Source: Candidatus Hermodarchaeota archaeon
GTDB taxonomy: Archaea; Asgardarchaeota; Thorarchaeia; Thorarchaeales; Thorarchaeaceae
NCBI GenBank assembly: GCA_048885865.1
Contig: JBHLLF010000024.1
Coordinates: 1-41,457, forward strand
Direction: 5' to 3'
DNA length: 41,457 nt
The notes beneath the pieces are model-generated. The model worked only from the letters and a program-made list of their open reading frames with translations, ran no database searches and had not been told where the DNA came from. The translations under genes were made by a program, and so were the position numbers. Of the stretch, positions 1-9,900 are shown one piece after another (position 1 is the first letter of the stretch; the number at the start of each line of letters is the position of its first letter).

Positions 1-153
1 GAGATTTCCAATAGGATGGTGAGAAAAGGAATTGGTCCGGGAGATGTCTTCAGAAGAATGTTCATCCATAGCATTCTTAGACATCTAATGGAAACAGGGA
101 AGGTGTCTAGACAAACCAAGACAAGAAGGAAGACAGTGTTCTCTCTCCAATGA
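1..153 (+). CDS. 3' end of a gene truncated by the window edge (C-terminal winged-helix-like segment, possibly of an MBL-fold hydrolase)
   Basis: Frame 1 is open from base 1 to TGA at 151-153 (EISNRMV...MFIHSILRHLMETGKVSRQ...VFSLQ*); it converges on the next gene with a 2-bp gap. Confidence 0.5.
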   Translation, partial: EISNRMVRKGIGPGDVFRRMFIHSILRHLMETGKVSRQTKTRRKTVFSLQ

Positions 154-155
154 AA

Positions 156-1775
156 CTAGGAGTCTGTCTCTTTAAGCGCAGACCGCAGGATTTTGCCATC
201 TTCAGCAATAGGCAGTGATGCTCGGATGATTACCTCTTTTGGTTTCTTGTATGAGGCCATCTTTCCTGTACACCATTCGAGAATCTCATTCTCAGTTATA
301 TCTGATCCTGGCTTGGGTACAACAAATGCACGCACCACTTCTCCCCATGTTCTATCCGGAATGCCTAAAATCACTGCAGATTCAACATTTGGATGCTGAG
401 AGATCAACTCCTCAACCTCTGCTGGGAAGACTTTCTCACCTCCAGAGAAGATCACCTCACTCTTCCGTTCCACATAATAGTAATTGCCCTCCTCATCAGT
501 TCTGAATAAGTCTCCAGTCCGAAACCACTCACCCTCAAAGGAGTCTTTGGTCATGGCTTCATCATCATGGTAGCCGCTCATGAGAGAGGGGCTTCGATAT
601 ATTGCCTCGCCCACCTCTCCAGGTTTCACATCGTCACCCATTTCGTTGACTACTCTCATCTCAACGCCGCTGATTGGCTTTCCAATGTACCCCTCTGTGA
701 TTCTGGGAATGTCATCAACAGTGAGGAAAGAATAGATGGCTGCGCCTATATTCTCAGTCTGACCGTAACCATCGACCAATACGGTATCCGGGAATCGTGC
801 TAGAATCTCCTTCTTCATAGAAGCTGGCATTTTCGATCCTCCTGAAGAAAGCAATGTTACGGAGGTCATGTCATGAGATTCCAAATCTGGGTAGTCCAGG
901 AGCATTCTAAACTGGGTGGGCACCATGAATACTGCAGTTATCTTCTCCCGTTCAATGATTTCAAGAATTTCCAGAGGTGAGAAGCTCAGAGATTTTGGAA
1001 AGACAACTGGTCGCTTCATTGCAGCCATGATAATAGCTGGCATGAATCCTGACAAGTGGTACAATGGTGTCGGAACAAGAAACTTGAGCTCGTGTTCTAT
1101 AGGAAGAAGTGCAGATTCTGGAACCTTGCCTTCGAAAATGAGACTCAGACCATGATCGGGTATCAGCGTACAGGCATCAAGCAGAGCTTGATGGGAAAAG
1201 TTCGTTCCTTTCGGAAGACCTGTAGTGCCCCCAGTAAAAAGTTGGACGCTCAAATCCTCATTCGAAACTGAAATGGACGGCGGGTCCTGAGAAACTCCAG
1301 CTTCGAAATCATCCCAAGATTTGATATTTCTGGCCATATCAGTGCAGCCCTCGACTACGACGAGGCGGGGTCTCTCTTCTACATCAGGAAAAGCATCGAG
1401 GACTTGTGTCATATAATGGACACTAGTGATGCAGACAGAGGGCTTGCCAGTATCAAACACGTGTCGTATCTCTCTTCCAACAAATCTTGTACTGATTGGA
1501 GCGGGCACCATGCCAGCACGTTGAGTCCCATATAGAGCCGCAAGGTATTCAGGGCGGTTCTCCATTATGATGGCAACTCTCATTCCTTTTGAAGATGGGT
1601 GCTCTCTCAGTAGAGAATTCGCTAAAACCGAGATACTGGTATCAACATCTGACCATGTGAGGTGGTCATCGCCATAGACGACGGCTAGCATGTCGCCATA
1701 GTGCTGCGCATTTCTGCTTAGAAGATCACAAAATGCCCCAAGCGGGACATCCTCGCCTACATCAGGAGGGCTCAT
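156..1775 (-). CDS. AMP-forming acyl-CoA synthetase (fatty-acid-CoA ligase family)
   Basis: Motifs LFTGGTTGLPKG, DGYGQTE, WFRTGD, SGGEKVFPAEVE and the C-terminal GKILR lysine. Confidence 0.93.
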   Translation of the reverse strand: MSPPDVGEDVPLGAFCDLLSRNAQHYGDMLAVVYGDDHLTWSDVDTSISVLANSLLREHPSSKGMRVAIIMENRPEYLAALYGTQRAGMVPAPISTRFVGREIRHVFDTGKPSVCITSVHYMTQVLDAFPDVEERPRLVVVEGCTDMARNIKSWDDFEAGVSQDPPSISVSNEDLSVQLFTGGTTGLPKGTNFSHQALLDACTLIPDHGLSLIFEGKVPESALLPIEHELKFLVPTPLYHLSGFMPAIIMAAMKRPVVFPKSLSFSPLEILEIIEREKITAVFMVPTQFRMLLDYPDLESHDMTSVTLLSSGGSKMPASMKKEILARFPDTVLVDGYGQTENIGAAIYSFLTVDDIPRITEGYIGKPISGVEMRVVNEMGDDVKPGEVGEAIYRSPSLMSGYHDDEAMTKDSFEGEWFRTGDLFRTDEEGNYYYVERKSEVIFSGGEKVFPAEVEELISQHPNVESAVILGIPDRTWGEVVRAFVVPKPGSDITENEILEWCTGKMASYKKPKEVIIRASLPIAEDGKILRSALKETDS

Positions 1776-2128
1776 TTCATCAATGCCTGAAGTTTGATCA
1801 GATCGTTCATGGGCCCCTTGGCCTTTATCTTCCCACCCATGAAGGCCCGGGTTGGACTCAGAGACCCATCCATAATTGCCATGATGGATTCTGTGGTAGT
1901 CGTTATCACTAGTTCAGCACTGTCATCAACACCATCGGTGATTGCGGCAGCCCCTCCCTGGAACACAATATGGCAGGTTGCTTCTTCGTTGTCAGTGAAG
2001 TAGAACTGAAGGACCTTGTTGAAGTCCGCAAAACGCGACTGATATTTAGGATCCTCCATCTTGCCCACCATCTTCTCTAATGAGGACATTACCTCGTCTT
2101 TTGTTGGCATTTCTTTCACATCCTTCAT
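1772..2128 (-). CDS. SCP2 (sterol-carrier-protein-2-like) lipid-binding protein
   Basis: AELVITT...IMDGSLSPTRAFMGGKIKAKGPMNDLIKL signature; 4-bp overlap with the ligase. Confidence 0.9.
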   Translation of the reverse strand: MKDVKEMPTKDEVMSSLEKMVGKMEDPKYQSRFADFNKVLQFYFTDNEEATCHIVFQGGAAAITDGVDDSAELVITTTTESIMAIMDGSLSPTRAFMGGKIKAKGPMNDLIKLQALMK

Positions 2129-2142
2129 TCAGATTGAGTCAC

Positions 2143-2901
2143 TTATTTTCCCTTCCATTCTGCGGGACGTTTCTCCATCCAAGCTTCAAAACCTTCGATA
2201 ACATCCTCGGAACGGAAGAGCTCATTGAATGGCTCCCACAGAGCTCCAATTTCCCTAATTCCTCTTCTGAGAAACTCCTTGGTTAGCTTCTGTGATAACG
2301 GAGCCACAAGTTTGATCTCTTCACAAAGCTCGGTCACTTCTTTCACTAGGTCATCGTGAGGCACAACCTTGTTCACTAGGCCCATTCGATAGGCTTCCTG
2401 TGCATCAATGGATCGACCAGTGAAGGTGAGCTCTTTGATATAACGCATATTGTACTCGTGCGCTCTAATGATTAGCAGGCCAGACATCAATCCTCGACGA
2501 TTTTCTCGAAATGCAAATACTGCCTTGTCAGAAGCAATCACGAGGTCACAAAACAATGTGAGCTCAAATCCTCCTGCATAAGCATGGCCATTGACGGCTG
2601 CGATGACCGGTTTTGGATATCTCTGAAGCAGCTCTATTGGATCGAGAATGACACTCAGAAACTCGCCAAGTCCTTGAAAGCCTACAGTACTCATTTCTTT
2701 GATGTCTAGCCCAGCACTAAACGCTGTGCCTTCTCCAGTAATAACCAATGCCCTCACAGTATAGTCATCATAGGTGTCCTGCAAGACTTGCATTAGCTCC
2801 ATCCATGTCTGACGAGATAGAGCATTTCTTACTTCAGGCCGATTGAAGGTTATCCATCCAATGCCATCCTTAACCTCGTATTTTATGCATTCGAAAGTCA
2901 T
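2143..2901 (-). CDS. Enoyl-CoA hydratase/isomerase (crotonase family)
   Basis: FNRPEVRNAL, AFSAGLDI, PKPVIAAVNGHAYAGGFEL; second catalytic Glu in FAFRE. Confidence 0.93.
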   Translation of the reverse strand: MTFECIKYEVKDGIGWITFNRPEVRNALSRQTWMELMQVLQDTYDDYTVRALVITGEGTAFSAGLDIKEMSTVGFQGLGEFLSVILDPIELLQRYPKPVIAAVNGHAYAGGFELTLFCDLVIASDKAVFAFRENRRGLMSGLLIIRAHEYNMRYIKELTFTGRSIDAQEAYRMGLVNKVVPHDDLVKEVTELCEEIKLVAPLSQKLTKEFLRRGIREIGALWEPFNELFRSEDVIEGFEAWMEKRPAEWKGK

Positions 2902-2915
2902 TTTTCATGTTCCTC

Positions 2916-4148
2916 CTATAGATCCTCTGGGTCAACTCCTCTAAGCACCCTTGGTAGTATCATTGGGTCAGGATTTCTCTTGAACTCTTGTCTTCCAACA
3001 AATAGCTTTAGGATGTCGTTTCCTCCACCTGTCACCTTAGTAAGTAGAGCATTCTTCAGAATTGATGCAGCCAAGAACTCCTCGGTATATCCATCACCTG
3101 AGAGAATGACTAGCGCATCCTCTGCTATTTCAATCAGTGCATCAGTTGAATATATCTTGCAGATTGCAGCATCAACTCCGAATTGAAACATGTCTGCAGT
3201 CCCACTATCAAGTTGAGCTGCCAGTGCGTAGAGGTATGTTCGCGCTAGTTTCAGTCTAATTGCCATGTCAGCCATTCTAGTCTGAACAGTCTGATAGCGT
3301 GATATCGGCGCACCAAATTGTACTCGCCTTCGACCATAAGACCTAGCTGTCTCCATAAGCATCCTAGCTTGACCGACTGTTGCAGCAATTCCAAGACGCT
3401 CAATGTTAAGCCCTGACGTCATCACCGTCCAGCCATCGCCCTCAAAGAGTATCATGTTGTCTTCAGAAACTCTCACATCTCGAAAGCGAATGACGCTATT
3501 GAACATCTCCACGTTTCCAGTCAGCTCATTGATTTTCTCGATTGTAATGCCAGATGATTCCCTGGGCACGAGAAAAGCTGAGAGATGGGTATGGGTGGCC
3601 TGTGCTTCAGGTGAAGAATCAGTGACTGTATATGTCATCAGGTAGTCAGCCTTTGCGCCCAGTGTGATGAAGCGTTTCCAACCGTTGAGGACATACTCAT
3701 CACCATCTTTCTCGGCAAAGAGCTGGACATTAGCTGCGTCATTGCCCACGTCTGGCTCAGTGACGCAGATTGCGGTCCACTTCTCACCCTTCAGCATTGG
3801 AGTCAGAAACTTCTCCTTTTGCTCGGGAGAACCGAATAGATGCACAGGCCCTCCGCCGAAGACTGTTGTGAGTAGTGGATTGATGTTTAGATAGCAGCGA
3901 CCAAACTCCTCATTCAGAATTGTATATCCAGTGTATCCCTCATCCCTACCCCCATGCTCTTCTTCCACTAGCACTGCAAGAGGATGGAATCCCTTGTCAA
4001 CAACAAACTTGCTGATTTCCCACTGGACCTTCATTGCTTCATTGTGGTCAATCTTATCAGCCAGAGGGCGCAGCTCGGAGTTTACGAACTCCTCAACATC
4101 TGTAGCGAACTTCCTATTCTTTTCAGTCCACCAAGGCAATACTTCCAT
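2916..4148 (-). CDS. Acyl-CoA dehydrogenase
   Basis: VTEPDVGND, LNGWKRFIT, RVQFGAPI and GDGYTEE motifs. Confidence 0.93.
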   Translation of the reverse strand: MEVLPWWTEKNRKFATDVEEFVNSELRPLADKIDHNEAMKVQWEISKFVVDKGFHPLAVLVEEEHGGRDEGYTGYTILNEEFGRCYLNINPLLTTVFGGGPVHLFGSPEQKEKFLTPMLKGEKWTAICVTEPDVGNDAANVQLFAEKDGDEYVLNGWKRFITLGAKADYLMTYTVTDSSPEAQATHTHLSAFLVPRESSGITIEKINELTGNVEMFNSVIRFRDVRVSEDNMILFEGDGWTVMTSGLNIERLGIAATVGQARMLMETARSYGRRRVQFGAPISRYQTVQTRMADMAIRLKLARTYLYALAAQLDSGTADMFQFGVDAAICKIYSTDALIEIAEDALVILSGDGYTEEFLAASILKNALLTKVTGGGNDILKLFVGRQEFKRNPDPMILPRVLRGVDPEDL

Positions 4149-4161
4149 TCTTCAAGCACCT

Positions 4162-4440
4162 CTAGAATCCTGATTTGTCCAGTCCATAGCGCAGGTTTAC
4201 ATCTCCCACTCTATTCAGCCCACGCCAAGTTATTTTGGCAAGCTTAATCTTACCTCTTGGATCAATCCAAATGTTGACCAGCCCTTCCTTCTCTAATGCC
4301 AACAGAGCCTCATCGAAAGCTGGTACATCATCCACTCCGAGTTTGCTCATCATATCCTCTTTTTCACAATGGAGGGATTGTGTATATTCAAACTCCTTGG
4401 CAAGCAAAGTTAGAATGCTACCATTCAGGTCTTTAGACAT
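4162..4440 (-). CDS. Small winged-helix-like hypothetical protein heading the acyl-CoA operon
   Basis: ATG at 4440 follows GGAGGA; FDEALLALEKEGLV followed by a beta-hairpin (KLAKITWRG) fits a wH fold. Confidence 0.6.
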   Translation of the reverse strand: MSKDLNGSILTLLAKEFEYTQSLHCEKEDMMSKLGVDDVPAFDEALLALEKEGLVNIWIDPRGKIKLAKITWRGLNRVGDVNLRYGLDKSGF

Positions 4441-4652
4441 ATGGCCAGTCCTCCTTTCAGGAAACGCGCGCACGCTGACTTAAATAATCTGTCAGAATTG
4501 CCCTCTAAAACCCCAAACCGCAGTTGCATGTTACAGTCTGTAATTGTAATTTCAGCTTCGGCATATAACTAGGGAACATTCGACATTAGTTTATTAGCTA
4601 GGCTACCGACCGAAAATTGACTACATTCGCGATGTAGTTGGAGGAAAGACAT

Positions 4653-5024
4653 ATGTCCGATAAACCAATGGGCGTCTTGATACTTGCAATACTACAGCTT
4701 ATTGGAGCCTTGCTTTACCTTTGGGCAGGCGCAGTCCTGCTAATGATAGCAATGGAAGCGGGATTATTTGCAATATTGTTCGCTTTTCCAGCTCTGATAT
4801 ATACTATTGTAGGTATAATTGGACTCATTCTCTTCTACGGTCTTTATACCACGAAGGGATGGGCATGGCTATGGACTTTGATCATCAACCTGCTTGGTCT
4901 CGTAGGAGGAGCCTTGCGCATCGGTGAGCTATTAGCAGACTTTGTTGGGCTAGGTAGCTTTGTAGTCAGCTTGATCATTGTAATCTACCTGCTATTGCCC
5001 TCGACCAGAGCACACTTCAGGTGA
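4653..5024 (+). CDS. Small 4-TM membrane protein
   Basis: Four hydrophobic segments; PMGVLILA, WAW and IYLLLP motifs; ATG at 4653 after GGAGG. Confidence 0.75.
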   Translation: MSDKPMGVLILAILQLIGALLYLWAGAVLLMIAMEAGLFAILFAFPALIYTIVGIIGLILFYGLYTTKGWAWLWTLIINLLGLVGGALRIGELLADFVGLGSFVVSLIIVIYLLLPSTRAHFR

Positions 5025-5053
5025 ACCTGAAGAAAGTCTAGTCATTAGTTCAA

Positions 5054-5092
5054 GGGAGTCCCATCACGTGGACTCCCCTTCTCCTTCTTTTT
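5054..5092 (+). terminator. Stem-loop followed by a pyrimidine/U-rich tract
   Basis: GGGAGTCC (5054-5061) and GGACTCCC (5070-5077) are inverted repeats, followed by CTTCTCCTTCTTTTT, 30 bp after the stop codon. Confidence 0.55.
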
Positions 5093-5199
5093 CGGGATGC
5101 TGGCTGCTGGACCAAGGTGTGGTGTGAATTAGCCTAAATCCGTTGGAAGAATAGAGTCCAAAGCGAATCTTTTCAGACTCAGATTACGGATTTCATATA

Positions 5200-6435
5200 T
5201 CAAACGAGTTCGTCTGCAAGAAACCTACCCCATTTCTCAGCACATCTCTTCTTCGCCAAAGCCAGGGCAGATCCTATATGATCCACACTTGATTTCTTGG
5301 ACATCCGCTCAGTTAAATTCTCAATCAAGAATTCGATAGCGGTATACATGTAGTCTAGATCCATTGTTGACATACTATCATTGATTTCGCATCGAATCAA
5401 GAGGGGCTCAGGATTCCTTACTGCCACCGTCCACGGATGGGCTTCAACTCCTGCCTCCAAAGTGGATGCAAAGAACTCGTTCATTCTTGCAGATCCCAAG
5501 ATGGACTTGCCAAGTTGTAGTAATTCATTTAGAACACATTCGTTTGCCAATATCAGTCGTCGCTCGGTGGATATCCTCTGAACATATCCTCTGTTCACGA
5601 GATCGCCGAGTTCAAGAGGCAACGGTCCTTTATGCTTCAACTTGAACATGTCCAGATAATGTGATAGAGGACTACGCCCATCCAGAGCACCGATGACTTT
5701 CTTAGTCTGAGGCGATATCCCCAAGGGATTGCCTCGACTCAACAGAGTTGACAGAGCCCCCTCAGAAAGACACAGCATGTCATCCTCGGTGGGAACGTAA
5801 ATAATTCGAATAGCATTATGCCAATAAGCGAGCGCAACAACATCCTTGGTCTCAGTCAAGTTCATGCTTTGTCTTTTGGTTATCTCTTCAATAGTCTGAC
5901 CACTCTTGATCCTCATTAGAAACTTCATTACATTCATCAGTACTTTGGATGACTCAATGGGTAGCATCACTGACTCCCAGTCTGCATTTCTAATCACAAC
6001 AGACTTCTCAGACAATCGATCCAACACAATGCTGCGCATCACAAATTTGTCAAAGTCGGATAGCACCTCAACGTCGATGCGATCTAGTCTTCTGAAGCTT
6101 CGATAGTTCTCCTCAAACTCACGTACTATGCGACGGAGCTTGCTCCTGACCTCATTGGTTTCTCTGGATATCGCCATGACGCCTAAGGCCCATTCGCCAC
6201 CCTCAACTAGAAGGACAATGTCTTCACCATACTCAGTCTTCCATTGGGTCTGTTCGCCTCCCGCCAGGGTTCCAATGAAGCTTGTCATTGCTGAAACAAA
6301 ACCCGATAAGAGCTGGGGATCCAACCCTCCTGGAATGAACTCGTGAGAATAAAGGGCTGCACCTGATTCCCGATGAAGAATGAATAGGACCTTCTCATTG
6401 GAGAGCTCCTCATCGTATGTCATAGGGGAGGTCAT
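5200..6435 (-). CDS. Longin-like N-terminal domain plus two winged-helix-like repeats
   Basis: LFILHRESGAALYSHEF...LDPQLLSGFVSAMTSF fits Asgard longin-like domains; wH-like segments IKSGQTIEEI...AIRI and LDGRSPL...LVNRGYVQRI. Confidence 0.7.
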   Translation of the reverse strand: MTSPMTYDEELSNEKVLFILHRESGAALYSHEFIPGGLDPQLLSGFVSAMTSFIGTLAGGEQTQWKTEYGEDIVLLVEGGEWALGVMAISRETNEVRSKLRRIVREFEENYRSFRRLDRIDVEVLSDFDKFVMRSIVLDRLSEKSVVIRNADWESVMLPIESSKVLMNVMKFLMRIKSGQTIEEITKRQSMNLTETKDVVALAYWHNAIRIIYVPTEDDMLCLSEGALSTLLSRGNPLGISPQTKKVIGALDGRSPLSHYLDMFKLKHKGPLPLELGDLVNRGYVQRISTERRLILANECVLNELLQLGKSILGSARMNEFFASTLEAGVEAHPWTVAVRNPEPLLIRCEINDSMSTMDLDYMYTAIEFLIENLTERMSKKSSVDHIGSALALAKKRCAEKWGRFLADELV

Positions 6436-6523
6436 GTCATGAAACGGTCTGATATTACTGTTTATACTTGTTGTTCATACTAATCTCTAAATTCGGCATA
6501 TTGCGACAGATTGAACTGTCTTA

Positions 6524-7363
6524 TTGACTGAGATGAAACGAAGACACATGAGGGTCAAGTCAGTCCGAGCCAAGAACATCATTACAAAGAGCAATATTCC
6601 TGGAATAGACTATGTGATTAACCCCTATGTTGGCTGCCAGCATGCATGCATCTATTGTTATGCTGAGTTCATGAAACGTTTCACGGGTCATGGCAGAGAA
6701 AAATGGGGAGAGTTCTTGGATGTCAAGCAGTTTGGTCTTGATAAGATCAAGCCGGAGAAGTATAATGGCAGTACAATTCTTCTAAGTTCCGTGACCGACC
6801 CATATACCCCTTTAGAGGCGAAATATGAGAACACTAGAAGGGTTCTTGAAAGACTCGTCAGTACCAAGGCGAGTGTTCAGATTTTGACCAAGTCACGCCT
6901 TGTAGAACGTGACATCGACCTGTTTCAGCAGTTCAAGAACATCCAGGTCGGCGTTTCTATGAATACACTGGATGACGAGTTTGCTAGGACCATTGAACCG
7001 CGCGCATCAAAACCCAAAGACCGATTGAAAGCGCTTCAGCAAGTCGCAGAGATGGGGATATCCACATACGTGTTCGTGTCACCAATTTTCCCCAAGATCA
7101 CTGATTGGATGGCAATAATCGAAGCTGCACGCAACTTCACAAATGAGTTTCATTTCGAAAACCTAAATTTCAGGAGCCATAATGTTACACGCATATTGAG
7201 ATTAATTGCAGAGAACCATCCTGATTTGCTGAGTTATTTCGATCAGATAAGAAAAGACCCAACAATGTGGGATGCAATGGAAGAGGAAATCGAAGAGTAT
7301 TGCAGAGCCATGAAACTGGACTATAAAATCGAGTTCCATCATGGGGGATTTACCAAGAATTAG
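6524..7363 (+). CDS. Radical SAM protein, spore-photoproduct-lyase-like family
   Basis: INPYVGCQHACIYCYA (CxxxCxxC), SSVTDPY, LTKS and RDIDL motifs. The start may be ATG 6533 or 6548. Confidence 0.88.
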   Translation: MTEMKRRHMRVKSVRAKNIITKSNIPGIDYVINPYVGCQHACIYCYAEFMKRFTGHGREKWGEFLDVKQFGLDKIKPEKYNGSTILLSSVTDPYTPLEAKYENTRRVLERLVSTKASVQILTKSRLVERDIDLFQQFKNIQVGVSMNTLDDEFARTIEPRASKPKDRLKALQQVAEMGISTYVFVSPIFPKITDWMAIIEAARNFTNEFHFENLNFRSHNVTRILRLIAENHPDLLSYFDQIRKDPTMWDAMEEEIEEYCRAMKLDYKIEFHHGGFTKN

Positions 7364-7385
7364 TGCTCAATCTTTATGAGGCATT

Positions 7386-7760
7386 ATGATTGCAGAAGGA
7401 AGTGAGTTAGGTGAGATTCGGTTGTCAAAGTGGTATTCATCAAGTTCGCCACGAGGCGTAAGAATCCTTGCAGACTTTGAGATTCTCATAGGTGTTGCTT
7501 ATATTCTATTGGGCACATTCCTGCTCTACTTCCTTCTACTCTCAGGTGTAAGCGCTATTGCTTTTGGCCTCGCTCTGATATACATGGGATGGGCATTAGA
7601 CAAGCTAGAGATTTGGGCATGGCGAGGGAGCCTATTGGTGAATGGTGCGATTTGTGTTAGTAATATTATATTTGGCGGTGACTATCTTTCCTTTATCCTA
7701 TCCTTCGCGATTATCATCTATTTATTGACTCCTGGTGTTCGAAGCCGGTTCTTTCAATGA
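7386..7760 (+). CDS. Small 4-TM membrane protein, apparent paralogue of 4653-5024
   Basis: PRGVRILA, WAW and IIIYLLTPGVRSRF align with the earlier protein. Start codon uncertain. Confidence 0.7.
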   Translation: MIAEGSELGEIRLSKWYSSSSPRGVRILADFEILIGVAYILLGTFLLYFLLLSGVSAIAFGLALIYMGWALDKLEIWAWRGSLLVNGAICVSNIIFGGDYLSFILSFAIIIYLLTPGVRSRFFQ

Positions 7761-7810
7761 AGTGGGTTCGCATGCCCCGCGGTGTTTCTCAGCCAATCAT
7801 ATTGAACCAT

Positions 7811-8680
7811 CTACTTGAATGAAGGCATCACTTCCATCGCGAATTTGCGAATCGTTTCAATGCCGGTTTCATCTCGAGGTAATGAAACTAGATAATAGCT
7901 GTCTCCTGCATCGTCTGCGGCTTCAACCAACTTCATGAACTCACTGATGTCAGTGATTCTTCTTTGCATCATGCCACCAGTCATGAACCCAATCTTGTCT
8001 GCTCTATTTGCATCTTGGGCGGCATTCAGCACCCTTTCCCTCGCTGCCAATGGATCATATTCTCCAAATGGTGGAAGGTAGATGATATCGCCATATTTCC
8101 CAGATAGCGAGAGCATCCGGTTTCCTCTGCTCCCAAAGAGTAGTTGTGGGTAGGGCTTCTGGACAGGCTTGGGCTCAAGGACTGCACCCCTTGCCCGATA
8201 GAATTTACCGTTGAAATCCACCTTATCCTTCGTCCATAATTCAAGGATAAGCTCAAGCCCCTCGTGTGTCTTGTCCACCCTCATCTTTGATTTATTCCAC
8301 ACACTGTATCCTTCGAACTCAGTTTGGGACCAACCAGCTCCAACTCCAGCAATGACTCTACCGTTTGACAAAATGTCCAAAGTAGAAATCATCTTTGCCA
8401 AAAGACCAGGCGGCCTGAAGGGGATAGGTGTGACCATCGTGCCAAGACGGATTTGCTCAGTCTTTGCAGCGAGATAGGACAGAGTAATCCAGGTTTCCAC
8501 AGTCACATTTGAATCAGGACGTGACATTGGGCCGCCGCCCATTTCTCCCCACATATAGTGGTCAGGCATGAGTGCCCCGTCATAGCCAAGTTTGTCGGCT
8601 TCAAGTATTGCATTCTTAACAAGTTCAAAATCATTGAACCAATTTCCAAGTCCGCCCAACATGAATTTCATAGCATTCAT
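7811..8680 (-). CDS. LLM-class (luciferase-like, probably F420-dependent) oxidoreductase
   Basis: ADKLGYD...PDH, TEQIRLGTMVT, LDILSNGR, GVGAGW and PKPVQKPYP motifs. Start at ATG 8680 or 8671. Confidence 0.9.
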   Translation of the reverse strand: MNAMKFMLGGLGNWFNDFELVKNAILEADKLGYDGALMPDHYMWGEMGGGPMSRPDSNVTVETWITLSYLAAKTEQIRLGTMVTPIPFRPPGLLAKMISTLDILSNGRVIAGVGAGWSQTEFEGYSVWNKSKMRVDKTHEGLELILELWTKDKVDFNGKFYRARGAVLEPKPVQKPYPQLLFGSRGNRMLSLSGKYGDIIYLPPFGEYDPLAARERVLNAAQDANRADKIGFMTGGMMQRRITDISEFMKLVEAADDAGDSYYLVSLPRDETGIETIRKFAMEVMPSFK

Positions 8681-8778
8681 GTCAATCCAAATTCCGTTAT
8701 TTGAACCCACTGGAACCGCAGAAGAGAGTGACAATCTGGTGAGAATGCTTTTAGCAAGCGGATTGGACTAGTGCAATC

Positions 8779-9816
8779 ATGGTAACCCAACATCGAATCA
8801 CACAACCCACCGAATTGCTGGATGAGAGCGGTTATCTGGTGAATCCGGGATATGCCACCCAGCTGCTTTGGCGATACGATCGGAGTAAGATAAAGGCGGG
8901 ATGGCATCGAATCAAGGAATGGGATTACTATTACATTTTGAATGAGGACTATGGAATCACCTTTACAATGTCAGACCTTGGTTATGCAGGACTCATGGCT
9001 GTTGTATGGCTTGATTTTAGAAGAGGCACCTGCACACAAGAGGAAACACTTGCGCTACTCCCGAGGGGAAGGACCAATTTTCCCTCAACATCCAGGGAAG
9101 GAAATGTGGAATATCAGGACAAGAAATTAACACTTGGCTATTATGTCAAGCATGGAGAAAGGACCATTAGGGTCGATTGTCCTGAATTCACCAACAAACT
9201 GGGAGAGAAGGGACTTTCAGGCGAGCTAGTGCTTCATCAAGACCCAGAAATGGACACAATGGTCATTGCAACATCATGGAAAGAGAATAGAAAGAAGTTT
9301 TACTATAATCAGAAAATAAACTGCATGCCAGCGGAGGGCACCATTCGAATTGGAGATACCGAATACAGCTTCACTCCAGAGAGTAGCTTTGGCGGACTAG
9401 ACTGGGGTAGAGGCAACTGGACCTACAGGAATCGATGGTACTGGGGTTCTGCATCGGGATTACTGAATGGCGAGCCCTTTGGATGGAATATTGGCTATGG
9501 ATTCAGCGATCGCTCATCAGCATCTGAGAACATGGTTTTTTACAAAGGGAAAGCCCACAAGTTGGATCAAATCACCTTCCATATGGATGTGAATGACTAC
9601 ATGAAACCTTGGAAGTTCACAAGCAATGATGGCCGGTTTGAGATAGACTTTGAACCTATATTGGATCGGTATGGGAAGTTCAATTTGCTTCTTATCAAGT
9701 CGGTGCAACATCAAGTATTCGGGCATTTCACAGGAAAAGTGATTCTCGATGATGGTGAAAAACTAAACGTAGACCGCTTTCTTGGGTTTGCTGAAGATGT
9801 ATACAATCGATGGTAA
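8779..9816 (+). CDS. DUF2804-family protein
   Basis: RIKEWDYY, FYYNQKINCMPA, LDWGRG and VQHQVFG motifs. Confidence 0.8.
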   Translation: MVTQHRITQPTELLDESGYLVNPGYATQLLWRYDRSKIKAGWHRIKEWDYYYILNEDYGITFTMSDLGYAGLMAVVWLDFRRGTCTQEETLALLPRGRTNFPSTSREGNVEYQDKKLTLGYYVKHGERTIRVDCPEFTNKLGEKGLSGELVLHQDPEMDTMVIATSWKENRKKFYYNQKINCMPAEGTIRIGDTEYSFTPESSFGGLDWGRGNWTYRNRWYWGSASGLLNGEPFGWNIGYGFSDRSSASENMVFYKGKAHKLDQITFHMDVNDYMKPWKFTSNDGRFEIDFEPILDRYGKFNLLLIKSVQHQVFGHFTGKVILDDGEKLNVDRFLGFAEDVYNRW

Positions 9817-9829
9817 AAGAAATGGGGCC
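9817..9829 (+). repeat. 13-bp direct repeat copy 1 (AAGAAATGGGGCC); copy 2 at 10694-10706 overlaps the tRNA-His 3' end
   Basis: Exact match read directly from the sequence. Confidence 0.7.
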
Positions 9830-9900
9830 AAGCAATCCAAAGCACTAGTGTCGCTAGAGATTTATGTTAGAAGTCGTAGGTTGTCGTCAGGTGAGAATCC

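Noticed and set aside
1772-2128. SCP2 as evidence of sterol metabolism
   Set aside because: SCP2 domains are general acyl/lipid carriers in prokaryotes.
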